Notes: generated from the sequence alone by a model not told the origin. Counted from the whole stretch's first letter, positions 27,734 to 41,899 are shown. The stretch is 63,998 nucleotides of DNA, filler included, from Piptocephalis cylindrospora (GCA_003614145.1; 14 parts of 14 records of this genome joined end to end with filler, not necessarily neighbours in it), one strand, 5' to 3'. Translations and numbers: made by a program.

Positions 27734-30700
27734 CGTCCCTTTACTTTCTCTCCCTCCTGACCTAGGTATTCGCGACCAGCAACCGATCAGTCGGACACGT
27801 AAGTGAGGAGAGTTGAAAGCGTCCAAATTGAATTAAATCAGGTTCATAGTACCGTCGGATACTTACAGTCACTCTCACTGCAGCACCTTTATACCTCCGC
27901 CCAAGGGTGGATGGCTTTCTGTCGACACAATGTCCATCAGATCAAACACCAGCCAAGAAAGGGGCCCTGACCTCACCGGAACCATTTACGCTGCCCCATC
28001 AAGACCGCCATTCTCTATTCCCTGGTACTTTTATGATGCTACTGAAGGCGTATCGGTGGGACAGCGTTCAAAGGATTCCGCTAGATTTACAGGAAATGCA
28101 AGTGTGGGGACAGGCCTCCTCGGCTCCCTTCCTTCCAGCTACTTTCCGGGCCCAGACGGAATTAGGTCATCTCCATGGTTTGAGACCCCATCCCAAGGGG
28201 GGCTAACTTCAACTTTGGCCAATTCCATTTTAGGACTTATTGAATCCCTGAATGCGAACAAGCGATTGGATCTGCAGGCCCCACCATTACCCGCCCATGG
28301 AGCCATTCACTTTTCCCATCTAGATATATCTCGCCAGGAGCTCCAGGTCACGCTACAAATTGGCTCTACTCGTCGGCTAACCTCTGACCCTCGCCTTTTT
28401 CGCTTATATCCCACCCAAGGCATGCGACAGCTCATTGCCCATACCCGCCTAGTTGCTGGCCTGGGTAAGTTCAAGGGTGGCCAAGTTTTTGGTTAAATCA
28501 AAAAGGCCACATTAACTATCCACGTGAATTTGGGACGAGTTTAGTGTGGCAAAAATATGCAGGGCAGCAACGTATCATCCCCGGTGTGCGGGTAAGTAAT
28601 TAGGAGACAGCGATAAATTGCGCTTTGCTCCTCATCGATGCCACCCAATAATCANNNNNNNNNNGGTTTTTTTCTCTCTCCCCCCCCCCCCCCCCCCCCC
28701 CCTCTCTCTCCTTTTTTTCCCCCCCCCCCCCCCCCCCCTTTATAGGCCTTTCCCAGCGCAGTTAATCCTCTGGAGAGTATGGACGTCTCTTCGATGATCG
28801 GTGCTTACTTTTTCCCTTTTGGTAGGTCATATTGCGATGCGTAATGGAGCTTCAATTGTTACCATAGCCAACCCATCTTCTCCATCTCTATACCCTCCCT
28901 ACTAGCTCTCTCCTTCTTATTGCCATTATTTGTCGAAGCACTAGTCCGGGACAGAGAGGACCGACTTTATCAGATGATGAGAATGGTAAAATTTTTCCAA
29001 CTCCCCTTTCAATCTCCTTCGGGATGGATCATTGAACGTTTTGCCGTCAAAGAACCTGAGTAGCGCTGATAAATGCCTCATGCTGATCACTCATGTCTCT
29101 CTCCTGGTAGAGTGGCCTAAGAGCTTGGGTCTATACCCTGGTGCAGTACTTGATATTTAACTTGTTCCAGTGGCTAACATCTATTGTATTCATTTCAATG
29201 GGATGGGCATTCCAGGTAGGATCGTCTTTTGTCTGAGGACAATAACAATGTCCGCTTCATGCGCATGGGCTAACAATACCTTTTCCCATCAAGATGTCCC
29301 TTTTTACCCGTACATCATTCCTTCTCTACGTCATCCTACTAGCCTTTTGGGCACACACCCAGGCCCTTCTAGCCTTTTGTCTCTCCAGGCTGATGGAAGG
29401 ACGGCGTCGTGCAATGAGTAAGTGGAATATAAGGGGCCTCTGGTTATTCTTTGCACTAACAGCCCTCGACAACTTGATAGTCCGCACGGCTGCTTTTGTC
29501 CTCCTGACCTTAATCCTGCATTTCACGACTAGCCCTATCTTTCGGGAGCAAGGAGGGCTATCCTGGATGTGGTATCTACACCCCTGTTGGGTATTCTATC
29601 AAGCTCTAGCCCATATGACTCTTCATGCTTCCATGCAACAAGGCACTGAGGTAGGGAGAGAGGATGGAAGATTTCAATGTCTCGATTAGCGCACCGACAC
29701 GCCTCTTCACCCTCCATTTTGTGCAGCCCCTCGTGATGATGGATCTATTTTCAGGGTTTTTCGGTCTCTGCCTTCTTCTCTTACTGATTCACAATGTGAT
29801 TATGCTCTTATTGCTCAGGTAAGCTCGCTTTTGCATCACTCTACTCACATCTGATGCACATTGTAGGCTTTATCCGCCGCTCAGTATACTAATATGAGTA
29901 AAAAATACTCTTGCTTCAATGCCCGCTCTGACCTGTCGAATCTAGTGGGCTGGTACAAAAGGGATGCAACAAGATGAAAAGGATAATACAGGGGTATCGA
30001 GGGCGGGTCAGAAGGATAGATCCACCCAATGCAGCAACCGCGGTAAGATTAGATGCTCTGTCGCGATATATATATATATATATTCGTCCTAGCTTCCAGG
30101 TCTAAACATCCAATGCTTCGATCGACCCTTTTCAATCCCTCCTAGATCGACGAGGATGTTATGGAGGAAAAAACAACTGTGAAGATGATTGTAGAAGGAA
30201 CAGACCGGTGCACCCCCTTTCCTCTCGTCGTCTCTTCCCTCACCTACCAATACCGATCTAATGGGGTAACGGCCCTCAAGGATGTTTCCTTTGCCGTTGA
30301 GATGGGATCCATCTTTGGTCTCTTAGGTACTACTTTTCTATCAAAGATACCTTTCTTTCATCTCTTCTTACCATCTCTGCATTTCGCTTGGAGCTAGGCC
30401 CAAATGGAGCGGGGAAAAGTACACTGATTCATCTTTTGACAGGGATGATTCCCTTTGGAGAAGGTAGTATCTTTTGTGGAAACTTGGATAAGGTTCTCAA
30501 TGAATGAGATTGTCCAGGCATCAGACCCTATCCTTTCATATCATTTTAGACTAACTATAGTACTACTACCACTATTAGGTAATGCTTATTTGTCAGGGAA
30601 AGATGTCCAGGAAGAGCCTTGGGAGAGCCATGCAACCATGGGAATATGTCCGCAGCATGATATTCACTGGGGAGAACTTGTAAGTTTCTTTTCTGCAGAG

Positions 30701-31938
30701 TTTACAGGACCTCATTTTGCTTTTCTGATGAGGATAATGATGTCCCTTTGCTTGTTCCTTGTACTTTTGTGATGAGCCCTCGTCCCTTTCTATCCTCACC
30801 TAATCCGTTTTTTTATACTCCCCATCACTAGACCATTGAGGAGCACCTCAGCTTTTATGCAAGATTACGTGGGGTCACGAAGAAGGAGGAGGCCGAGGAG
30901 ATGGTGGAGGACGTCTTGTCTAGGATGGCTCTTTCTCACGTTCGTCATTCTTACGCAGAGGTAAGTTGCATTATTAAGAAGGAAGTTTCGAGGTTGCATG
31001 TTTATCCCCCCACCCTCCACATGGCATATTTTTCCAAGCTAAACACTTTGCTGATTGGATAGACCCTAAGCGGCGGAGAGCGACGAAGACTAAGCATTGG
31101 CCTTGCTATCCTCGGAGGGCAATCTGTAGTCTTCTTGGATGAACCAACTGTGAGTAGGACACTCTACACGTACTTTACGCTTAATTATTTCTAACCACGT
31201 TTTGGGCCCTCTCCCGCAGACTGGTCTCGATCCCGATGCGAGACGAATGATATGGCGGATCATTCAGGGTTTACGGATGACCTCCACCACAATTATCCTT
31301 ACCACCCATTCAGTATGAACATAGTTTACCCTAAAAAAAAAGTTTCATACATCTACTCACTAGATAACACCATATCGCACTATTTAGATGGAGGAGGCTG
31401 AAGCGCTTTGTGGTCGAATTGCTATTATGAACCAGGGTCAAATCCAAGTGATTGGGGTAAGAGATATCCGCAGAGTATAGGCCTGATCCACTTTAGAGGT
31501 ACTCTTAGCCCATATCAGTTATACACCCATGGCCTAATCGTTCATCCGTCTCTTCCAATAGAGTCCCGTACATCTCAGAGACAAATTTAGCCAGGGGTTC
31601 CGCCTAACCATTACATACCAATCAGGGAGGAGGCAAGGGGTTTTAAGGTAATCTATGCCTTTGACCTATCCTCTAACCATCTCCGCTAATTTAAGCATTC
31701 CCAATTTAGATTCCTTAAATCCATCCTACCGGGGAAAACTCGTGCTGTCGAAGATATTGGTACATCCCTGGTGCTTGAGTTTCCCTCTAGCGCCTATGAT
31801 CGAGTTCCCATCGGACCCATCATGAGGTCCATTGACACAGATGGCCGCACCAATGCAGGAATCCTCGAATGGGCCATTGGTCAAACGAGCCTTGAGGCCG
31901 TTTTCCTCCACATTATCGACTCAGCCACGGTCAACTGA
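27734..31938 (+). CDS. ABCA-subfamily transporter, many exons, 5' partial
   Basis: Spliced Walker A GLLGPNGAGKS, GICPQHD, LSGGERRRLSIG, VFLDEPTTGLDP, TTHSMEEAEALC, QTSLEAVFL; upstream hydrophobic exons; internal 10-N gap 28655-28664. Confidence 0.9.
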
Positions 31939-32562
31939 TGCGGAGTAATAATCGTCTTTTTCTCTGTCCCTTCCTTTCTTTTTTGTTTCTAAATACATTT
32001 AATGATGTTCATTTCGACTGTCATTCATATGGTCCAACCATGCAACAACCATTCCTTCTATCTCACGCTAAATGACATGCGTCCTAACATAAACCCCCGA
32101 TCAATTCATGCTCTAAGGAATACTCCCACCTCCCGGATCATCCCACGAAGCAAGATAGGATCTTGGCCCCGTGCTTCCAAACGAAGATGGGCGGTGGGTA
32201 AGCGTTCCAGCCGGAGGAGAAGNNNNNNNNNNNNNNNNNNNNNNNNNNNNNNNNNNNNNNNNNNNNTTAATTAATTAANNNNNNNNNNNNNNNNNNNNNN
32301 NNNNNNNNNNNNNNNNNNNNNNTGCTGTTGCTGTTGCTGTTCCTGCCGCTATCATCACCACCGCCCCGCTGATGAACGCTACAAGTATAGCCTCATTCAT
32401 TCGTCCTCTCTTCCCCACCACCTCGCTCTCTCCCCTTCCCTTCTCTTCATCAACCTCCTAGGTATCGACCCGGCATACTCCTACCTCCTTCCCTCCCTCC
32501 CTCTTTCCATCTCATTCTGTCTCTGATCCTCGACCCAGCACTTCTACCCCTCTTCAGCCCTC

Positions 32563-34577
32563 ATGGCCCGAATCAATAATCAGAAAGGGGCCCCCCGGAC
32601 CTCCAGTGGCAATTCCCAGGCAAGCTCCTCGGACAAGGAAGGTAAGATATACATACATACACACACGCTCTCTCTCTCTCCAGTCTTTTTAGGTCCAAAC
32701 TCATCTTCTCTATTCGCCTCATCCATAACATCTTCGCGTCTCTCTACCGCCCATCTGTAGATCAGGAGAATATCCAGAAACAGAACCCAAGCTCTCCGTC
32801 CAAGGCTGCAAGGAAGAGAAAATCCATGGCTCAAGCTAGGGCTGAGGCCTCCAAGGCCTCCCCTTCCTCTAGTACTGACGCCAGTTCCAAAGGTTCGGGT
32901 ATCTGTCGGTGCGGTGTGAGGCGGATTCTTGGATGTGTCTTCTCCCTCAAGACCATCCTCTTCCTCCTTCTTTCCACTACCATCTACACATGTACCGAGG
33001 ATTCGCCCTACGGGGTCTGCTCCATGATCCGGAAGGATGTGCCCTATGTCGCAGAATCTATCGACACCTTTCACCGAGAAATCACCCCTCGTTCCCGCTT
33101 TCTCCTCAAGAACCACGTTCGTCCCGCAATCAAAAGGACCACCAAGGCCGTCTGGACTCCTGTGGAGCCTCTCTATACTGAGCACATTGCCCCTCATGCT
33201 GAACCCGTGTGGGAAACGGCTTCCCAGATCTACCAAAAGCAGGCTGTGTTTGTGGCCAAGGAGGCATCCACCCTCTACTATGGCCATGTTCATCCCCTGG
33301 TCCTCAAGGGAGCAGATCAGGCCCAGCACGTCACTTCCCACGCTGCCACCCTCGTGGCTACTGCCTACGGAGAACATCTTCATCCACATGTCCTTCAGGG
33401 CTACACGAGGATCCAGGATTCTTCTAAGCCTCTGATCAAACAAGCCTGTGCCCTGCATACTGAGCACGTTAAGCCCCTTTACAAGGTTGCCGCCAAGCAC
33501 TACGATCAATGGCTAGCCCCGCATGTTCATAAAGTCATGGTCCTGGCCGATCACCACGTCCGACCCCACACTGATCGCTTCTTCAAGGAAGCCTCCTACC
33601 ATTGGTCTCACTTCCTCACTGAGCCCGAGCAGCAGGCCCATGAGACCTTGGATGACGCCCCAGGCCTCACTTTCCTCTGGCGTCACTATCTCCAACCTGG
33701 TATCCAAGGGACTGAGGAATGGGTTGCTCTTCAGTATGGGAATCATATCCTTCCCCGTCTCATCATCATTCGTCGTTACCTCACCGAACAATACGGTCTT
33801 CACCTTCATCCTCTGCTTCTTCAAGGCGTTGACTACCTCCCTGAATGGGTCTCTGATTACTTCCACTCTGTCCCCAAGACCCTATCCGGTGAGTACAATC
33901 AGGCACCCAAGACCATCCAGGATGATCAGGCATCCACTGTGCTCAATACCATTACTGCTGCTGCCGAGGTTGAAACTTCAGAGCCCCAGGTCAATGAGCA
34001 TCACGCTGGCCACGCCCATCATGAACAAGTCATCTTTAAGGCCGGAGAGGATGAAGAGGACCAAGCCACCGTAGTTATAGATGAGGCTGAGGAGAAGGAG
34101 ACCGCGAATAAGAAAAAGGTGGCCGAAGAGAAGAAGAAGGTGAGTGAGGAGAAGAAAAAGGAGGCTGAGAAGAAGAAGAAAGAGGCCGAAACCAAGAAGA
34201 ATTTAGCGGAAGAAAAGAAGAGGCTAGCAGAGGAGAAGAAGAAGGAGGCGGAAGAAAAGCAAAAGGTGGCAGAGGAAAAGAAAAAGGTGGCAGAGGAAAA
34301 GAAAAAGGTGGCCGAAGAGAAGAAGAAGCTAGCGGAAGAAAAAAGAAAGGAAGCTGAAAAAGCAAAGATCAAGGCCACGGCCACGACCACCTCTTCTGCC
34401 AAGTCCGCCAAGCAAACCCCAACCAGCCAAAAGTCCAAGGTAGAGCAAAAGAAGGAAGAGGTGGAGGCCGAGTTGGCTGATGAGATGGCCAAGCTCAAGG
34501 GCAAGATTGGGAAGAAGGAGGCCAAGGCCACTGCTGGGAAGGCTAAGGCTACCCCTGGGAAGAAGGACCGTATCTGA
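32563..34577 (+). CDS. Single-pass membrane protein with amphipathic helical repeats and E/K-rich tail (She10-like)
   Basis: Intron 32642-32760 joins MARINNQ exon in frame; TM LKTILFLLLSTTIYTC; recurring Y..H..P helices; AEEKKKx heptads; family assignment is tentative. Confidence 0.7.
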
Positions 34578-34789
34578 TCCATACCTCTTCCTTTTAGGGT
34601 GGGATGGGATGAATGAATGGATGTCGAGGGCGTTGCGTGTGCGTGCGTGTGAAAGAGGGGAAAATGAAAGCAGGGATATTCAAAATAAAGACACATGTTC
34701 TTCTTCAATGGATTCGTTTTCATTACTGATCTATCATCATTAGAAAAGAATCACTCCTTCTATCATAGGGGGAAGAAGGGGGGGAGGGC

Positions 34790-35777
34790 TCAATGCCTTT
34801 TCACTGGGATTTTGGAGGAAGATTGACAGGTCGGCATAATCAGCATGTCAGCAACAGCCACGTGGGCTGGTCTGGATGCGGCAAAGACTACAGCCTCGGC
34901 TAAGGAGTAAGATGGAATGAGATCACAATTTACCCTGATTAATTAGACACCCACCCGGGCCACTTACCAACATCATCCCCATTCAGGGCCTGAACGCCTT
35001 TATACATATTTCCAGCCCGATCAGCATCCCCTTTGAACCGGACAAGGGAGAATTCGGTTTCCACCATCCCAGGTTGGATTTCAGTCACGCGGATTGGAGT
35101 ATCTGCTAGTTCATGACGCATTGACTCGGACAGGGCATGTAGAGCATACTTGCTTGCACAATAGAGACCCCCATGGGGATAGGCCTCAAGGCCAGCAATA
35201 GAGCCAATGTTAATAACATGACCATTTTTACGTTCACGCATCCCAGGAAGGATGGCTCGAATCATGTAAATGACACCCCGAACATTGGTATTGAGCACCT
35301 TATCCACCGCATCCAGTTCCACCTTATCCACCGTATCTATCTCGATGGCCAGACCTGCATTGTTCACCAGGATGTTGATCTTTTTAAAGTTATCGGGAAG
35401 GTCATTGACCATCTGATTTACCGACTCATTGTCTTGGACATCCAGTTTAGACACATGGATCTGACACTCTGGCTGAGAAGCCTGAATAGCTTTCTTGAGC
35501 TCAGTCAATTTTTCTTCTCTTCTAGCCGTGATGATCTATATGAAGGAGAATGTTAGTGATATTTCATGATAACTCGTAAGATGGGCGGATTGATGAAATA
35601 TTACCAAGTGTGCGCCACTCTGAGCAAATTGTCTGGCGCATGCAGCGCCAATCCCTGATGAGGCACCCGTACTATAGTGATAGCGTTTAGGATAGAAGGA
35701 TGAGCGATGGGCTGATTCGATAGATAAAGGTAAGAGAATACGGACATGAGGACGATCTTTCCAGCAAGGCGGCTCAT
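34790..35777 (-). CDS. Short-chain dehydrogenase, YdfG/YMR226C-like
   Basis: TGASSGIG, LVNNAG, GSIAG, YCASK, PGMVETEFSLVRF; three introns. Confidence 0.92.
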
Positions 35778-37183
35778 GATATGCTTTGACGATAATAATA
35801 AAAGGAGGGAAGGGCAGAGGAGAGGAAGAAAAGAGGAGGCAGGCAGGAAGGAAGGGAAGAGTTGGGTAACTGCTCACCTCATGCTTATAACGGTGATTGC
35901 GAAAACAGCGGGGGAGGCACGTATCTCAGGATACCCCTCTCACGCGTCATGGATATGTTGGGCTCATACCGCTCAGGACTGCAATAATAACGAACTGAGA
36001 GATAATGTGGCCCACATCGCAAGAGTGTGCACCCCAGTAGCCCAGATAGCACCACGCTCGCCCGAGATGAAGGGAATCCAATCGCCTGGAACGTACTCAT
36101 TTAGCAATTCCATGGAGCACAGTTTATTATACCATGCTGGCTTACTGTTATCGCTTTATTTTCCATATAGCCCAACGGTACGATCGCAGTATCGCTCAAA
36201 TGATCCAACCAAGTGAATCAAGGATCAAACAGAGGTATGAGCCAAGGGAGGACCAAAAAGGCAAAAAAGAAAGAGAGAAATAAAAGAACGAGCCCAAGAG
36301 TGCGTGATTTTCCTTTTCGTCATCTCCTCGGGTACTTTTGCAGGTCCACCTCCGGTCATCCTGCCTCTAGAATACGCCTTTCTACAGCATGTACCATGCA
36401 TTCAGGCCACTTCAATCTCAGATCCTACATCCATGCACGTCTTCTAAGCCTCCAATAGCACATTTGAGTCATCCGATGCTCCTTGCGAGCATGCATACAC
36501 ATACATCTAGACCCATCTCGTATTCTCCTAAAAGGCATCAATCTTCCGATGCACGGGGACCAGTTGCCCTACGTTAGTCACTTTGGCGTAGTTACATCCT
36601 CTCTCGTAATCGTCAGGGTTGGACAGCGCCATTCATAGTTTATTAAAAAGAGATGAAACATTCAATTTACTCTTCTCCTGGGGTAGCATACTCTACCTCA
36701 TAAAAAGGACCGAGTAAATGCCCAGTTGTGAGCGATACAGTAGCGCTATTGGGCATACAGGGTCGGGTCATGGGATATGTCCGCCACAGCGGATCATCAN
36801 NNNNNNNNNNNNNNNNNNNNNNNNNNNNNNNNNNNNNNNNNNNTTAATTAATTAANNNNNNNNNNNNNNNNNNNNNNNNNNNNNNNNNNNNNNNNNNNNG
36901 GAGCTAGTTTCCTTTTTTTATTACTATTTTTATGTGTCAAGGAAGGGCGAAAGTATGTACAGTAGATGGTGATCATGTGTTTTTAAACATGTGTGTGTAT
37001 GCGTGCTTGTACACATGAGTACCAGGAGGGAAAAGCATCCTATTTTTTTTCAGGAGTAGTGTTGTTCAAGTACCGGTGGGGGAAAGGGGGGAGGGGTTTT
37101 GAAAAGACGATCATGTGTTCCGTCAAAGACCAGAGCAGGAGGGAAGACACCTCACTCCGCTTCAAGGCACAGCAGGAGGGCAT

Positions 37184-38221
37184 TTAGTTCCGCTTGAATG
37201 TACGACCACTGTACAAGAGAGGGTGAGTGCAATGAATAGAGGTAAAGTGTCAAGCAAGGAGATGAAACGTACCTAGCCAGTTTCTTCTCCTTGTCGGTCC
37301 TCTCGGGCTTGGCACGGTTAAGCACCTTGAGGAATTCGGCGACCCTTCGACGCATACGGGTGTGCATGTGGGCTTTGGCACACTTGATGTGATAATGAAG
37401 GTAATCACGGAAGAGCTGGAGTTGGGCAATGGTGGAATCCCGGACGGGGCCAGGGGCAAAGTGGCGGGGGAAAAGGACAAAGGTGATGAAGTGGAGACCA
37501 TTGGCTTCGGTGACACCGGCAAGCTCGGGAAGATGCTTGAGCTCCAGAGGAGGCTCACGGGAGTGAAGTACGGGAGGGGCATTTTGGAGGGCTAGCTGCT
37601 TGCGAGCATCGACAAATTCCTGGAGAAAGACCTTACCAAAGATGCGGTCGGTCTCCTCGCGGAAGACGGTGGAAAAGATGACGGTGACGCGGTCGGATTG
37701 AGCCCGGACGTAAATGGTCTCTTCATCCCGATAATGGATGGTCATGAGGTCGGGGTCAGCCGTCTCGTTGTCATGCTGATCAAAAGCACGAGAGAAGGGC
37801 GCAGCTAGGACGATGGTCTTGAGATTCGCAATCTTCTGAAGGAGCTCTTCGCTTCCTGGAGACGTGGACAGGTCAAACTTCAGGGTCAGATCCCAGCCGT
37901 CCTCGGCCTTATCCTGGAGTGTATCGCCAAACTCTGCGCGCAGTAGATCGGTTGCCCCGTAATTTTGAAGTTCCGAGAAGCAGCGAAGGCGCATGGACAC
38001 AAAGAGGATTCCGAGGTTATCGGTATCCGGGGTGTGAACATGGTAGGTGACGCCATCAAAGTCGACCAGGGTAATGTTGACCAATTCCTGCTTTTGCCTG
38101 AGATACGAGAGGGATGTCAGGAAACTGGGGAGGAAGCGGCCATCATGGAAGATACTTACGTGGAAAACCGAGCCTTAAGGGTGTCCCGAAGAACAGCATT
38201 CTGATGGTCAAGGAGAATCAT
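37184..38221 (-). CDS. ARC35: Arp2/3 complex 34-kDa subunit (ARPC2)
   Basis: MILLDHQN, DFDGVTYH, DRVTVIFSTVF, GKVFLQEF, FRDYLHYHIKCAKAHMHTRMR, SGRTF; two introns. Confidence 0.97.
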
Positions 38222-38751
38222 CTTGCAGGATGGATGGGAGAGGGGGGGAGGAGGATGGTGGGAAGTGGGGAAGGAAGAGGAGGGGATGTGTCGACCACAA
38301 GCGCTGTCTCCGCCCGCTCCCCGCTACACCAGGTCCTATGAACCACACTGTGTACGGGTGAGGTCAAGGCTGCCCTGCTACAGTCAAGTCTTGGATAGGA
38401 CCAGACTCCGACTTGGTCGTCATCTCACTGAATTACTACTTACTACTATGTGTCTTGGTAGAGGGGCCTTGGCTGCATGTGCTGATGAGGGCGCGTCTCA
38501 CAAGTGAATAATCCTCCACTCCAACGCCCTACTCGTCTGTTAATGGTGCCCTGAATCTTCCATATATCCAGAGAAGGATGGATGTATAATTTTTAATCAC
38601 CCAATGCCCATTTAACTAGCAGCACCGCATGCCTCGATCACACTTCAATGGGGGGAAAATAGGGAAAGTGACGCAAACAAAAAAAACATTCTTTCTTCCA
38701 AAACATCCTGCGCATTCTCTCTCTCCACCATCACGTCAGCAAAATCCAGGC

Positions 38752-40072
38752 TTATAGGAAGAACATGGAGTTCATGTCGCGGGGCATACCCGTACTCATC
38801 TGAGGCTTTTGGGAGTACTTGCCCTTGAGAATCTGACGGAGACTGTTTAGGAGCTGGAGGTAGGTTTGGTTGGGGTTTTGGGTCAAAGCAGCGATAAAGG
38901 CATAGGACATGGCACCGGTGGAGCCGTAACCCTGGACCGAGGTATCAGCCGAGGTCTGGGAATCCTTGCACCCGGCAAACATGACGCAATCAGCCATGGT
39001 GGACCGAGTGGCCTGTGTCTTTTGCTCAGCGGATTTGGAGGAGGTGAGCGCCTTGAAGCCAGAGCTAAGGGACTTGACGACCCCACCCATATTCCCCTGG
39101 AGATAGGCCATACCAGCGCCGGTGACGGCGGAACCAGCGGCCTTGAGACCGCCATTCTTGACGAGGGTACCATCCGAGGCGTAGACGTAAGGAAGATCCA
39201 GGGCGGTGCCCGAGTGACACGAGTCGAAAATGGCGGTGAGACGAACACCCTGGGGAAGGGGACGGACCATGATGGCGTGCATCTCATCGTCAACGATCTG
39301 ACCGGCTTGCTGGTGATCGAGGGGGAAGATGGTCTCGTCATAGCCATCATCCTCATCGCCATCCTTATCCTCCACCTGACCACCGTGACCGGAGTAATGG
39401 AAGAAGTAAGTGTCGTTGACGCGACAATTATTGACAAGCCAGTGCATGGCCGAGATGATATTGGCGCGGGTAGGTAAGTGCTGACGATCTTGGGCATCAT
39501 CGGTGAGGACGACCATGTCACACTCGCGGAAATTGTACCGAGAAACGAGGAAGTTTCTGAGATTACGGACATCATTGATACAGCCCCTTAGCTCGCCCTT
39601 TTGCCCAATGTAATTGATTCCGATGAGCAAGGCGCGCTTCCTACCCTGGCAATTGGAGACCTGGAAGTTTCCTTGAGGGGGAGGATTGACCCCCTGGGCC
39701 ACCTGACCATGCGGCTGCTGGTACAATTGCTGCTGGGCGCTTTGTTGCGGCGGCTGCTGATACTGCTGATGGTTAGGGGGAGGGGGGGCGTACTGAGCAT
39801 GGCCCTGAGGGGGGGGGAGGGGCATAACCACCCTGATTAGGATGCTGGATATACTGGCCCTGAGGGGGGGGAGGTCCGTAACCGCCCTGAGGGGGAGGGG
39901 GACCGTAACCGCCTTGAGGGGGAGGAGGACCATACCCACCCTGGGGAGGAGGAGGACCATACCCACCCTGGGGAGGGGGTGGGGCGTACTGACCTTGAGG
40001 TGGAGCATATCCACCCTGAGGAGCATACCCACCTTGGGGTTGGGAGTTTTGGTAAGCCTGACCTGGGTACAT
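38752..40072 (-). CDS. MCA1: Type I metacaspase with P/Q/G/Y prodomain; apparent +1 frameshift in G9 run 39809-39817
   Basis: KRALLIGINY, LRGCINDV, HYSGHG, DSCHSG, QKPQMS; prodomain MYPGQ..(PQGGYGPPP)n lies in a different frame. Confidence 0.93.
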
Positions 40073-40095
40073 GTTTAAAGCGGGAAATGGGATGG

Positions 40096-40161
40096 AGGAG
40101 GAGGAGGTAGAATGGAAAGGAAAAGAGGAGGAGGAGGTAGAATGGAAAGGAAAAGAGGAGG
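40096..40161. repeat. 30-nt tandem duplication in metacaspase 5' leader
   Basis: GAGGAGGAGGTAGAATGGAAAGGAAAAGAG twice. Confidence 0.85.
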
Positions 40162-40812
40162 GAGGGAAAAGCTGGTGCCAGGCAGTGGAGGAATGGGTGT
40201 GTGCGGGGGCTGGATCGGTGCTGGGCTTTATATAGCGCACGAGGAGAGAGGTCTGCGGTCGTTCGTGTTGGTGTGTGTAGTGCCTGCCAACTACCCTATG
40301 TCGTGCGTTGATGGCTGGACGGGGGAGAGACTGGTGGGCGGCTGGGCTAGACTGGGCTGAACAAGCGATACGCACTTTAGCTGGGTTGGGCTGAGCCAGG
40401 TGCATGTCAACTCAGGATCAGGTGAGTGGGAAGAGCGTGATTTGTCGGCCGTCTCCAGCTCGACACAGCATCTAAACTACTTGCTCGCAAAGCAATTGGC
40501 CATTGCTATCCTCTCCTGGACCTCAGGACCAACCACACCCCTACCTCCGATGATTCATGAGCATGACCCGAAATGATTTTAGCATTTTACTTTTGATATG
40601 TGCCATTTTAGAGGATTGCACATTGATCCGTCAATGGACCTAGCACCTAGATACTGTGCCTAGGTCAATCATTCAAGGTAGCCCCCACATGATCACTCCA
40701 CATACAGTACAGAGTAAGTCATAGCAACGAAAAGCAGCCTAGTTATACATCACACCAGCTATAATCTAGCATAGGATTATCCGTAAAAGCACAGATAAAT
40801 CCCAATCTGAGA

Positions 40813-41374
40813 CTAAAAGAGCTCCTTTCGTCGTAAGTAAAGAATCAGGGAAATGGCCAAGGCAACCATGCACCCAATGATGCCAAAAAACCAATGCAAA
40901 TTCTCCACATCCTGGCCCGGGACTTTGACGTTCATACCCCACAGACCTAGAAGTGTGAGGGAAGAGTGAGTCGGGTTCAGTTAGAGGAGGTCCCCCCCCC
41001 CCCTAATCGCATGACTCACCGGTAATAACGTTCATGGGGACAAGGATGGAGGCAAGAACAGTGAGTTTGGCCATGACATCGTTGGTATCGTTGGATGTCT
41101 GGGTGAGCTCAATGGAGATTTGGGCCAGGTAGTTGGTATGAGAACGAGCGACGATCTTTTCAAAGTGTGCAACGTTCTGGAGCATGGTAATGATGTGATC
41201 CTGGATGTCACCGAGGTAGAGACAGATATCACCGTCAAGCCAGTCCTCGCATCGCTTGATGAGGGCGCGCATGACATCGGCCTTGGCGGAGAGGAGACGC
41301 ATGGCGACCATGACCTTCTTACGAGCATAGCCGATGCGACGAAGCATGTCGGATTGCTCACTCTCCTTGAGGAT
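40813..41374 (-). CDS. CorA-family Mg2+ transporter (Alr1/Mnr2-like), C-terminal part
   Basis: MLRRIGYARKKV, LYLGDIQDHI, RSHTNYLAQ, PMNVITG|LWGMNVKVPG, WFFGI. Confidence 0.92.
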
Positions 41375-41899
41375 NNNNNNNNNNNNNNNNNNNNNNNNNN
41401 NNNNNNNNNNNNNNNNNNTTAATTAATTAANNNNNNNNNNNNNNNNNNNNNNNNNNNNNNNNNNNNNNNNNNNNCTACACTTGGGTGACCAGTCAGATTT
41501 ATCCGTTCTTCTTCAGATGTTAGGGGGGGATCTCTAAGAGATGACTTGGCAATATTTCATTTATTCGCCCATCCCTTCCTCGCCTACAGGGCAGACTTTG
41601 AGGCATTCACCAGTCCAGCATCACCAATCTCTCCTCAGCCCACCGTCCCATCATCACCCTCAATAAAATTACACTGTAGAACCATTATATCTTCAAACAG
41701 GTCGTGTCACCAAGGATCATCTGGTGGAGTCGATGAGAGGGTGGGTCCAATGAATGCACACCAGAAGAAGGGGGGGGGGAGAATTTCAAGAATAAAATTG
41801 CTTCGAGAGGTTGAACTAGCCAATCTTCTCAATGAACCCAGATGAGGATGGATCTGCGTGAGAGTATGAGGCAAGAGAATGCGCTACAGGGTACCGAGA

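Noticed and set aside
27734..31938. ABCA as an unusual half-size transporter
   Set aside because: 5' end is cut by the contig edge, so half versus full size cannot be decided
34019..34723. 234-aa F/S/A-rich antisense ORF, and similar shadow ORFs over TS, metacaspase, SdaA and SSZ1
   Set aside because: Antisense shadows of real coding sequence
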